From: Candidatus Methanomethylicia archaeon
GTDB lineage: Archaea; Thermoproteota; Methanomethylicia; CALHIW01
Reading direction: 5' to 3'
Assembly: GCA_038845975.1 (NCBI GenBank)
Contig: JAWBQF010000038.1
Span: 1 to 21,948, forward strand
Length of the DNA stretch: 21,948 bases
How positions within the stretch are numbered: the first letter of the stretch is position 1; each line of letters starts with the position of its first letter. The notes under the pieces are model-generated. The model ran no database searches and had not been told where the DNA came from. It saw only the letters and a list, made by a program, of their open reading frames with translations. The position numbers were made by a program, and so were the translations under genes. This document shows positions 1 through 8,402 of the stretch, piece after piece.

Positions 1-127
1 TAATGCTTATAAAATCAATAATATACATATTAAGCAAACATGGATAAGGAAAATAAAAGCTAAGGAATTCATAGAAACACAATACCAAAATAGAGATGAT
101 AAAACATGCTTAAGTTAACAAAGCCTT
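1..127. mobile_element. Terminal part of a degenerate IS-like element cut by the window edge; terminal inverted repeat at 108-127
   Basis: 108-127 (gcttaagttaacaaagcctt) is the exact reverse complement of 19693-19712. The reverse complement of ~85-125 aligns with the start of the miniature element at 1047. The DNA inside the end is A/C-rich, like the right ends of the other IS relics here. Confidence 0.5.
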
Positions 128-1046
128 CATTGCTATAGGAAGCTTTATAAGAGGTAGATTCCAGTAAACATCCTCTAAAGTAGATTCTTACCTCTCTAAC
201 TATTAAGAATCTATTTAGATTTGTAAGAAAAGGTTAAGAATACTTTAACTCTTCTATTAATGAATAGCTTATTTATATTCTCATATTGTACTCCTCTACT
301 AGCAACCATAAGTCTTAACCTTGCAAAATTTCATAGTGAGGTTTCGTGAGAAACTTCTTAAACCTAAAAGAATATCTATCTGATACATTCATTTTGGAAT
401 TATGATTGAATTTGTTCAATCCAAACTTATCCTCAAAAGCTAGCCCTTAGATTTCATGAAAGATGTTCTTATACTTCCTCAACTTTTAGACTTTTCATAC
501 AGCCTGGACCTAGATTTTCACTCATGACTCTTTACTTACTTTTGCGCAAATCACCTCATTAAGTATTTTGTAATAATCTAATACTCCAATCTAAGATAGC
601 TAATGGTTTCGGACCTTTAATGTCATTTCAACTATAATCTCTTTATTTTACTATTAAATTTAAGCTTCTATCAAAGTTTAGACTTATTCCTAATCCATCA
701 GCCCATATATCCTGTACTCCTAGATGATAAACTCTTAAACTTCATAATTATTACTAGAGACTTCTATTCAATATTACTCGTCTCTTCATAAAGTTTGTGG
801 GGAAGATATATTCTCACTAGGTAATGAAAAATCTTAAGCTTCATAGACGATATATAGCAGAGAAAGTATGAGGGCATCACTATAAGGGGATTACTTCATT
901 GGTCGGCTACAAATTCTATGATTACTCATGGTCAAAACAGCTCATTTCGTCGCGAGATCGTCATTTATTCAATCAGGCTGGGACGGCTTAATCATTGCTG
1001 AAATATAATTAGAGTTAAACTAATTAAACTTTTCTATAAATCTTAC

Positions 1047-1105
1047 GACTTTGTGAACTTAAGTATGTTTATTATCTTAACTATTTTCATCAAGTTCGTA
1101 AAGCT
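1047..1105. mobile_element. ~59-bp miniature inverted-repeat element (family A)
   Basis: Left end gactttgtgaacttaag matches GGCTTTGTTAACTTAAG at 15/17. Right end is caagttcgtaaagct (reverse complement agctttacgaacttg). Flanks aatcttac/aatttcat may be a decayed 8-bp TSD (5/8). Confidence 0.6.
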
Positions 1106-1155
1106 AATTTCATATTGTACAAGTTTAGATATAAAGGATACATGTGGATGAAAGC

Positions 1156-1497
1156 TTAGCTTGTAGAACTGTATTGCATGTTATTTTTACTTTCTCTTAG
1201 ACTCTTTAAAGTTCCGGAAACTTTATGTATATGAAATATTACTTCTTCACCTCCTATTTGCTTTATTAAGGCTAGAGCTACTCTTAGATTTTCAACATAT
1301 CTATGACTAACTCTAATTATGCCTATATGTGAATTCTGATTATACTCTATCAGTTTAATATTTGCAGAACTATATGCTATTATACCAAAGACTGTTTTAA
1401 AAATTTCACAAATTTTTGCAAAAATTTTTCTGCCATCTATAGGTTTAGAGAGATAGTGTATATCGAAAAGTATGTATCTTTTCCTTAGCCTATGCAT
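1156..1497 (-). CDS. rnp2: Ribonuclease P protein Rpp14/Pop5 family
   Basis: 113 aa. N-terminal R-K-R-Y-I-x-F motif, GIIRV, C-terminal VSGTLKSL. Overlaps rpp30 in the usual gene order. Confidence 0.9.
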   Translation of the reverse strand: MHRLRKRYILFDIHYLSKPIDGRKIFAKICEIFKTVFGIIAYSSANIKLIEYNQNSHIGIIRVSHRYVENLRVALALIKQIGGEEVIFHIHKVSGTLKSLRESKNNMQYSSTS

Positions 1498-2213
1498 AAT
1501 GGGCTTCTGAGAATTTTAACATATTTATTGATTAGCTTTCCCCTTGTTTTTAATATACTTTGCTCAATAAGCTTCATTGGAGTTGTTGAAATAGAATCTC
1601 TGGCACTTTTAATATCTAATCCAGAACTAACAAGTATAGAAGCTATTTCGAAAGGTGATCTTAGAATTTGTGGTCTATTAGCTCCACTTGATGCTATAAT
1701 TGGAATTTTATTTTCATATGCTATTCTTACCCATCTTAATAGGTTAGTATACGTTCTCTCTAGATTAATATTTTTAGCTATTTCAGCATATCTAATTTCA
1801 ATGTATTGATTTTTAGCCTTCATAAGAGAGCATTGTGCATCATTAAATATGTCCTTAATAGTAGTATCTAATGGAAATATTAATATGTTGATCCTACTAT
1901 CTCTTCCAGCAATCCTTGCAATTTTTTTATCTATACAATAAGCACTTATAATTTCGTATTTTCTCCAGATTTTTCTAACTTTTTCTCTAAGTTTTTTAGA
2001 GTCATTTGTATTAATTTCATATCTGAATACAATATTCAACTTATTTTTTATAGCTATCTTTTTAATTTCATTAATTATCTCGCTACTGATTATATTATCG
2101 TTAGTTAACGTCAATGATATCGTATGATATCCTAAATGTTTAGCCATTACTAGCATTTCATCTATATTTTTTACATCTGTTAAAAAAACACATAGATCAA
2201 CATACCTTCGCAT
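1485..2213 (-). CDS. rnp3: Ribonuclease P protein Rpp30 (component 3)
   Basis: 242 aa. YVDL N-terminus, A-x-x-D-x-R-I-x-I, IIASSGA...LRSPFEI C-terminal signature. Adjacent to rpp14. Confidence 0.9.
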   Translation of the reverse strand: MRRYVDLCVFLTDVKNIDEMLVMAKHLGYHTISLTLTNDNIISSEIINEIKKIAIKNKLNIVFRYEINTNDSKKLREKVRKIWRKYEIISAYCIDKKIARIAGRDSRINILIFPLDTTIKDIFNDAQCSLMKAKNQYIEIRYAEIAKNINLERTYTNLLRWVRIAYENKIPIIASSGANRPQILRSPFEIASILVSSGLDIKSARDSISTTPMKLIEQSILKTRGKLINKYVKILRSPLCIG

Positions 2214-2277
2214 TATTTCCCCATTATTATCTATTTTTCATATTAATGTTAATTATGAAAATTACACACTCACTCTA

Positions 2278-2745
2278 CTACTTAACTCTATTATTTGTGT
2301 TGAATATCTTATTTGCCCATTGTACTATAGATTCTTTGTCTTTCACTCTTGGATTGAATACTATTTCGGTTTTAATAATGTCGTCTGAATAATCTGTTAA
2401 CTCTAAGCTTCCAAGATAGGCTTTCTGTTTATCAAATCTAATATATAATACTCCTCTATTAAATCTCATATCTATGGTATTTCTGATAAATTCCTTATCA
2501 TCTCTACTAAGACTCTTAATTATATAGTCTAATGTTTCATTTGCTAACAGGTTTTCAACCTTAACTTTGAAAACTTTTATTTTATTGTTGAAATGGCCTT
2601 TAACAGTAAGCATTGTTAAATTAATAATATTTCTTAACCTTTCTGGAACTATATTTAATAATGCCTTAATAACTTTTTCTTCGTCCTCAGTTTCATGCCC
2701 AAAAGTTTCTAATTTAATGGATCTAACACGAAGTTTTTGAGACAT
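2278..2745 (-). CDS. Conserved archaeal RNA-binding protein / predicted exosome-associated protein (COG1325-type)
   Basis: HETEDEEKV, GHFNNKI and LYIRFDKQKAY motifs. Lies between rpl15e and rpp30. Confidence 0.85.
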   Translation of the reverse strand: MSQKLRVRSIKLETFGHETEDEEKVIKALLNIVPERLRNIINLTMLTVKGHFNNKIKVFKVKVENLLANETLDYIIKSLSRDDKEFIRNTIDMRFNRGVLYIRFDKQKAYLGSLELTDYSDDIIKTEIVFNPRVKDKESIVQWANKIFNTNNRVK

Positions 2746-2774
2746 CTAAACACCTGTTTTACTTACTATCAAGC

Positions 2775-3230
2775 TTATATATACTCATTACGTATGTACT
2801 TATCTGCTTTAACTACAGGATTATTTAAATCAGCCATTACAACTTCAAACCATTTATACTTACCATCTTCGGCAACAAAGTATGAACCTAAAACGTTAAG
2901 ATTTGAATATCTTCTTTTTGCCCTTTGCTCAGCTATTTCTCTTGCACTTATGTTTGGACTATGACCGTATATTCCCATTCTTTTAGGTCTTCGACCTGAG
3001 TTTGGTCGAGGTTTTGAAAGAGCTCCTTTTCTTATTCTTACTCGTACAACTATAAAACCCTGTTTAGCCTTATATCCAAACTTTCTTGCACTATGAAGCT
3101 TAGTAGGTTTTTCGATTCTAACAATTCCAGGTTCTTTTCTCCATTCCATTAATCTTCTTCTAATTAACTCGTTAATTCCATACTTTTCAGGTTTTTTATA
3201 CATTTCTGAAAGATATTTATATAGCCCCAT
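2775..3230 (-). CDS. rpl15e: 50S ribosomal protein L15e, C-terminally short (151 aa)
   Basis: Motifs WRKEP, GYKAKQGFIVVRVRIRKG, GRRPKRMG, NLNVLGSYFVAEDGKYKWFEVV. Confidence 0.95.
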   Translation of the reverse strand: MGLYKYLSEMYKKPEKYGINELIRRRLMEWRKEPGIVRIEKPTKLHSARKFGYKAKQGFIVVRVRIRKGALSKPRPNSGRRPKRMGIYGHSPNISAREIAEQRAKRRYSNLNVLGSYFVAEDGKYKWFEVVMADLNNPVVKADKYIRNEYI

Positions 3231-3273
3231 TTAGCTTCCCTTTTGCTCTTTTATGTTAAACTAATATTTAAAT

Positions 3274-4209
3274 CTAAGGCTTTTGTTTGCTTTTAATTAA
3301 CTCATTTAGAATAGCATTAGCTACTAGATATCCAGCTCTTCTTTGTGCTTCTTTAGTAGATGCTCCTATATGTGGCGTTGCTATAACATTTGGGTGAGAA
3401 ATCAGTTCTATTTCCCATTCTTCAATTGGTGGTTCATGCTTAAATACATCTAGTCCAGCACCGGCAATCCATCCTTCATTTAATGCCTTAAGCAATGCTT
3501 TTCCATCTATGACTTCTCCTCTTGATGTATTGATAATTATTGCTGTGTGCTTCATTACTGACAGTTCTTTTTCACTTATCATGTGATAGGTTTCCTTTGT
3601 CAACGGTACATGAATAGTTATTATGTCTGATTCTTCAAGTAGGGTTTTTAATGGTACTTGTAAAGCATTTATCTCATCACATTCCTTCTTTACATCTCGT
3701 ACATCATATACCAGTAGCTTCATTTCGAAAGCTCTTGCTCTTTTAGCAACCTCCATTCCTATTCTTCCTAGCCCAATTATACCAAGAACTTTCTCTCTTA
3801 ATTCGTTACCTATAATTTCATGTTTAAGCCATTTTCTATTTTTCATTGAAAAATCAGCTTTAATAAGATTTCTATAATGGCAAAGAATATATGCAAAAAC
3901 AAGTTCAGCAACAGACGTTGATGTTGCTTCAGGAGTTGAAACTATTTTAATACCCTTACTTATAGCATAACTAACATCAATGTTATCGAGTCCTACGCCT
4001 GCTCTACCAATAACCTTAAGAAGTTTAGCAGCATCAATTATTTCTCTTGTAATTTTTGTTCTGCTTCTAACAATTATAGCATCATAATCTGTAATTATGC
4101 TTCTAAGCTCTTCATGTGAGGCATCGTATTTCTCATCAACTTCCAATCCTTTACTTTTAAGAAGCTTAATGCCTTCAGAATCTATTGGATCAGTAATTAA
4201 TACACGCAT
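3274..4209 (-). CDS. serA: D-3-phosphoglycerate dehydrogenase-like D-2-hydroxyacid dehydrogenase (no ACT domain)
   Basis: RAGVGLDNID, GIIGLGRIG (Rossmann), INTSRG, LDVFxxEP, TPHIGAST. Confidence 0.8.
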   Translation of the reverse strand: MRVLITDPIDSEGIKLLKSKGLEVDEKYDASHEELRSIITDYDAIIVRSRTKITREIIDAAKLLKVIGRAGVGLDNIDVSYAISKGIKIVSTPEATSTSVAELVFAYILCHYRNLIKADFSMKNRKWLKHEIIGNELREKVLGIIGLGRIGMEVAKRARAFEMKLLVYDVRDVKKECDEINALQVPLKTLLEESDIITIHVPLTKETYHMISEKELSVMKHTAIIINTSRGEVIDGKALLKALNEGWIAGAGLDVFKHEPPIEEWEIELISHPNVIATPHIGASTKEAQRRAGYLVANAILNELIKSKQKP

Positions 4210-4264
4210 ATTTATCAGTTTCTATATTGAAAAGTTTACCCTTAAACTTTGCTTTAAACCATAT

Positions 4265-4322
4265 GGCTCTGTGAACTTTAGATTAAAAATATAAGTAATT
4301 GATAGCTTAAGCTAACAAGGCA
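4265..4322. mobile_element. 58-bp miniature inverted-repeat element (family A) between the divergent serA and rfcS promoters
   Basis: Left end ggctctgtgaactttag, right end cttaagctaacaaggca. Its reverse complement aligns end to end with 6672-6731. Flanks aaccatat/aacaatac match at 6/8. Confidence 0.65.
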
Positions 4323-4417
4323 AACAATACCGTATTTAAAAATACAATATCAACTTTACATTATAATGTTTTAAAAATAACTTTTTAAGTCTAAGGTTGT
4401 ACTATATAATGGTTAGT

Positions 4418-5392
4418 ATGGCGCTCGAAGCTCTTTGGGCTGAGAAATATCGTCCTAAAAGACTTGATGAGATGATAAATCAAAAAGAAATCGTTGAAAG
4501 ACTTAAACAATTTGTTAAAACTAAAGCAATGCCCCATTGTCTCTTTGCAGGTCCGCCTGGAACTGGTAAAACTACAGCAGCTTTATGTCTTGCAAATGAG
4601 ATGTTTGAAGGAGAACTTACAGGAAACTTTCTTGAACTTAATGCAAGTGATGAAAGAGGAATAAACGTCGTGCGTGAAGATATTAAAAATTTTGCACGTA
4701 CAATATCAATAGGTAAAGTTCCATTTAAGATTCTTGTGCTTGATGAAGCTGATAACATGACTAGTGATGCTCAGCAAGCATTAAGAAGAACTATGGAAAG
4801 GTATTCTGAAACATGTAGATTCATACTCATATGTAACTATTCAAGCAAGATAATTGAGCCTATACAATCAAGAACAGCCATATTTAGATTTCAGCCATTA
4901 GGTCGTGAAGATATAATTAAATACTTGAAGCATATCTGTAAATGTGAAAATATAGACTATAATGAAGATGGTCTTAATGCTGTCATTGAGGTTTCCGAAG
5001 GAGATATGAGGAAGGCTATCAATACTCTTCAAGCAGCTGCTGCGATAGGCTTTGTTGATGAGAAATCTGTGTATAGAGTTGCTGGTAAAGCTGAGCCCAA
5101 AGAAATTCTTGAAATGATTAAACTTGCTTGGAGTGGCAAATTTATTGAGGCTAGAAGTAAGCTTAGAGAGCTTCTAATAAACTACGGTTTATCTGGAGTA
5201 GATGTATTAAAACAGTTCCATAAAGAAATTATGAAGACTTCAAGCTTACCAATAACCGAAGAGGATAAAATTAAGATTGCTGATATAATTGGGGAGGTAA
5301 GCTATAGAGTTGTTGAGGGGGCTGATGATGAAATACAATTAAGCTACTTGCTTGCAAATATAGCATTACTTGGAAGTAAAAGCCAACATTGA
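4418..5392 (+). CDS. rfcS: Replication factor C small subunit (no intein)
   Basis: WAEKYRP, Walker A GPPGTGKT, ELNASDERG, Walker B LDEAD, IQSR. ATG 4418 is preferred over TTG 4397 or ATG 4409 because a TATA-like ttttaagt lies at ~4383-4390. Confidence 0.95.
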   Translation: MALEALWAEKYRPKRLDEMINQKEIVERLKQFVKTKAMPHCLFAGPPGTGKTTAALCLANEMFEGELTGNFLELNASDERGINVVREDIKNFARTISIGKVPFKILVLDEADNMTSDAQQALRRTMERYSETCRFILICNYSSKIIEPIQSRTAIFRFQPLGREDIIKYLKHICKCENIDYNEDGLNAVIEVSEGDMRKAINTLQAAAAIGFVDEKSVYRVAGKAEPKEILEMIKLAWSGKFIEARSKLRELLINYGLSGVDVLKQFHKEIMKTSSLPITEEDKIKIADIIGEVSYRVVEGADDEIQLSYLLANIALLGSKSQH

Positions 5393-5402
5393 GGTTTAAA
5401 TA

Positions 5403-6638
5403 ATGCCTTTATGGTTGCAAAAGTATCGTCCAAGAACAATAAATGAAATAGTAGGAAATACTAATGCTGTTAATCAATTTGCAGATTGGGTTTCAAAAAG
5501 ACTTGAAGATAATGTTAAAAAAGCAGCTCTTCTATATGGTCCACCTGGAGTAGGTAAGTCATTAACTGTTCAAGTATATGCTGAACAATTTGGATTTGAT
5601 CTTATTGAGCTGAATGCTAGTGATGTAAGAGCTAAAGAACAGATAATGAAAATAGCAGGTACTGTAGCATCACAACCAACACTTTTTGGTGGTATTAAAA
5701 GACTAGTTTTTCTTGATGAGATTGATGGAATAAATCCTGCTGAAGACAGGGGATGCGTTCCTGCTATTATTGACATTATTAATAAATCAAGCTGCCCAGT
5801 AGTTCTTGCAGCAAATGATCCTTGGATTCCTGAACTAAGACCTATAAGAGATCTATGTATTCTAATTAGATACAACAAGATAAGGTCTCCAACAATCGTA
5901 AAATTCCTAAAGGAAATATGTAGGAAGGAGGGTATAGTTGTTGAGGATCGGGCTTTAACCTTTATTGCTGAAAAAGCTGATGGAGACCTTAGATCAGCAA
6001 TCATAGATTTACAAATTCTTACTGAAGGAAGAAGATATTTAAGATTTGAAGATTTAACATGGTTACCTACAAGAAATAGGCAATATGGAGTTTTTGATGT
6101 ATTAAAAGAACTTTTTTGGTCTAAGACAGCTCTTCAGGCTAGGCTTGCGATAGAAAAATCATTAGTAGATCATGAAACATTGAAACTATGGATACATGAA
6201 AATCTTCCATTAGTGTATTCAGACCTTAATGATCTTGTGAAGGCATATGACATGTTATCTAAGGCTGATGTTTTTTTTGGAAGAATGAATAAAACACAAA
6301 ACTGGGATCTACTATCTTACGCTTTAGAGTTTATGACTGCAGGAGTAATATTAGGTGTTAAAAAGAAGCCAGAATTTGTAAAATACCAATTCCCTCAAAA
6401 ACTTTTACTTATAAGTTCAACTAGAGATTCTAGAAGAATTAGAGATGAAATACTTTTAGCATTATCAGAAAAATGTAGACTATCAAGAAGAAAAGCGTCA
6501 ACAGAAATATTGCCTTATTTAAAAGTAATCATTGAGGGAAATCCATCTATAGGTAAACAAATAGGGGAATGGCTAAATTTAGGTGAAGATCACCTGAAAT
6601 ATTTAGGTTTTAAAACATCAAAGCTTAAGAAAGCCTAA
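5403..6638 (+). CDS. rfcL: Replication factor C large subunit
   Basis: WLQKYRP, GPPGVGKS, ELNASD, LDEIDG, GDLRSAI, WIHEN. Directly follows rfcS; gaggt SD at 5392-5396. Confidence 0.95.
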   Translation: MPLWLQKYRPRTINEIVGNTNAVNQFADWVSKRLEDNVKKAALLYGPPGVGKSLTVQVYAEQFGFDLIELNASDVRAKEQIMKIAGTVASQPTLFGGIKRLVFLDEIDGINPAEDRGCVPAIIDIINKSSCPVVLAANDPWIPELRPIRDLCILIRYNKIRSPTIVKFLKEICRKEGIVVEDRALTFIAEKADGDLRSAIIDLQILTEGRRYLRFEDLTWLPTRNRQYGVFDVLKELFWSKTALQARLAIEKSLVDHETLKLWIHENLPLVYSDLNDLVKAYDMLSKADVFFGRMNKTQNWDLLSYALEFMTAGVILGVKKKPEFVKYQFPQKLLLISSTRDSRRIRDEILLALSEKCRLSRRKASTEILPYLKVIIEGNPSIGKQIGEWLNLGEDHLKYLGFKTSKLKKA

Positions 6639-6671
6639 TATCTATTCAAATATTTTTAGGTTTAGATATAG

Positions 6672-6731
6672 TGTCTTGTTAACTTAAATCATCAACTAAA
6701 TAATACTTCATATTTAAAGTTTTACAGAGCT
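6672..6731. mobile_element. 60-bp miniature inverted-repeat element (family A), opposite orientation to 4265-4322
   Basis: tgtcttgttaacttaaatcatcaa...tacttcatatttaaagttttacagagct aligns with revcomp(4265-4322), tgccttgttagcttaagctatcaattacttatattttta...taaagttcacagagcc. Confidence 0.65.
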
Positions 6732-6899
6732 AAATATGTTTTAAACTTACTTGTTATTCAACTGACTTAAACTCCTAGCAAACTTTTACACTTTAGTATT
6801 TCTTCTTCGAGTATGGAAATGCTAAGATTATGTGGCGTTGCTCCACATTTTGTGTCTTAATGTAGGCATTATCGTTTTAACATTAGATTATATAGAATT

Positions 6900-7370
6900 C
6901 TATTCATAGATTTTTCCTAACATACTTATTCCCTCGATTGCATATATTCCTTCAGGACTTATAAGATCTTCTAATTTTCTCCTTATATTTTGATCTATCT
7001 TAACACTTCTATTGCTTAGTTTCATTATAAGTTGCCGGTTTAATTGTTTTCCTTTTTTATCAAAGTCTACAAGTATAGCGCCTCTTTTACCTTGAAACTT
7101 AGCAGAGATTTTATCAATAAATCTGGAGATAATTAATCCGGAGCTACATAACCTAATAATTGGCCCGTCATAGCCTAAATATCTCAATGCCTTCTCATCA
7201 TGTATTCCTTCAACTATTATAAAATCCACATCATAATTAAGATCATCAATAATTCTCTTAATATTTTCTAGTAATCTATGCTTTTTTATTATATTTTTCT
7301 TAGGGGCTAGCCTACAGCTTACTATATCATGACCATTAATCATCTGAACCACAGTTCGGCCATTGCCCAT
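6900..7370 (-). CDS. Small stand-alone TOPRIM-domain protein (small primase-like/RNase M5-like); start uncertain
   Basis: IIVEGIHDEKAL and DFDKKG (DxD) TOPRIM motifs. The first ~20 codons of the ORF may not be translated. Confidence 0.8.
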   Translation of the reverse strand: MGNGRTVVQMINGHDIVSCRLAPKKNIIKKHRLLENIKRIIDDLNYDVDFIIVEGIHDEKALRYLGYDGPIIRLCSSGLIISRFIDKISAKFQGKRGAILVDFDKKGKQLNRQLIMKLSNRSVKIDQNIRRKLEDLISPEGIYAIEGISMLGKIYE

Positions 7371-7539
7371 TCTACATTAAATGAGGGCTTTTAAACTTTA
7401 GCATTAATACAGAGGTCTGACAACTTGAGAAAGAAATTGCAGTATATTAAGCTGCCACGTCCAATACGGAAATGTTCTTTCAACTTTAGAGATTTATATT
7501 ATTTTATCATCTTTCTTATTGGGATCCTCATTTTACCCA

Positions 7540-8110
7540 TATCTTTAATAAGGTTTTTGTAGTTGATTTCTGATGCTTTTATGAGTGTTCCTAGTCTTTT
7601 TTAAAAAAAGGGATGCTTGTTCTAATTTAGGATTGTTAGGTGATTGATGATGTTTACTGTCCTAGATGTGGCTCTACGAGGGCTAAGAATCATGTGCCTC
7701 TACTTAGATGTTTAATACGTATAATATTTCATAGTTCTTGTATGAGAATATCTAATGATAAAACAGGTGTAATATTTCGATTCTCAAAATAATAGATAGA
7801 AGGTTTGAGAGAGGCTCAACCATATACCAGACAGCTTTAGCTCATATCTAAGCTTAATAAGATAAGATACATTCATGAATAAGTAAACACATTCGGATAG
7901 TGAATGTAATGTTATGTAAATAATTGTGGAAATAAAGTATCAATACTAAGACAATAGCTAACAATACATATAAAATATGTAAAAAATAAACCTATACTTA
8001 ACAGCATTCAAACATGTAGAAGATCGAGAAGAATAAGCCCAACCGAAGCAATAACAGAAATTCTAAAACAATTTACAAACTAACAACCACAACAACCTCA
8101 TTAAAGAGTA
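7540..8110 (+). mobile_element. Decayed, internally deleted IS1595-family element with both TIRs
   Basis: 24-bp inverted repeats at 7542-7565 and 8084-8107 (21/24 identical). Broken transposase motifs in the correct order: FRIVR*..DDVYCPRCGS (to 7675), NDKTGVIFRFSK (7754-7789), YIHE*VN, YVNNCGNKVSILRQ*LTIH (~7913-7969), LYLTAFK, CRR..RISPTEAITEILK. Confidence 0.8.
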
Positions 8111-8341
8111 CATTAATTTTTCCATTTTCGTATAGTACTTGATTGTTTAGTAATATGTGTGGTCTTACCTAGTTATATTACGTTATTATGCATACATTTT
8201 TCAACAGGTTCTAACGACTTTTTATATTTGTATGATGTACTCCTAATAAAATCTCTATGATGCTAAAATATTAATTACTATAGTATTTTGCGGAATTTTG
8301 CTAAGCTATAACCTTTACTATAAGACTTTGCCTACATAGTA

Positions 8342-8354
8342 AAAAAGCTTAAAT
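8342..8354 (+). promoter_or_regulatory. Putative BRE/TATA promoter of the thrC-like/decarboxylase unit
   Basis: Purine run aaaaag followed by cttaaat, about 50 bp upstream of the GTG start at 8403. Confidence 0.35.
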
Positions 8355-8402
8355 CTGAGTATATACGTGAATTAAATTAGTCATTGGTAGGCGATAATTA
8401 AG

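Noticed and set aside
181-213. 10-bp inverted repeat tagattctta/taagaatcta
   Set aside because: AT-rich and single, with no associated gene or second copy. It cannot be distinguished from chance or IS debris.
300-720. TnpB/IS605 remnant suggested by GISLNF and LAFEDK on the minus strand
   Set aside because: The RuvC-I aspartate is absent, there is no Zn finger or RuvC-III motif, and the two pieces are separated by a stop and an SD.
1492-1809. Antisense/shadow ORFs in the track (1492-1809, 2737-2964, 3623-3877, 4097-4294, 4480-4758, 5570-6004, 9074-9256, 9356-9571, 10865-11092, 14257-14463, 14583-14789, 21236-21418)
   Set aside because: Each lies wholly or largely opposite a well-supported gene, has typical shadow composition and shows no recognisable motif.
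4418-6638. Inteins in RFC; missing C-terminal PIP tail in RFC-L as a novelty
   Set aside because: RFC-S is continuous across Walker A and of normal length. Short (~410 aa) RFC-L proteins are ordinary in TACK archaea.
6829-6851. 14-bp match tatgtggcgttgct shared with serA (3369-3382), and a 6-bp hairpin atgtgg/ccacat as a terminator
   Set aside because: About one 14-mer match is expected by chance in 22 kb. The stem is short, and archaeal termination mostly uses oligo-T tracts.
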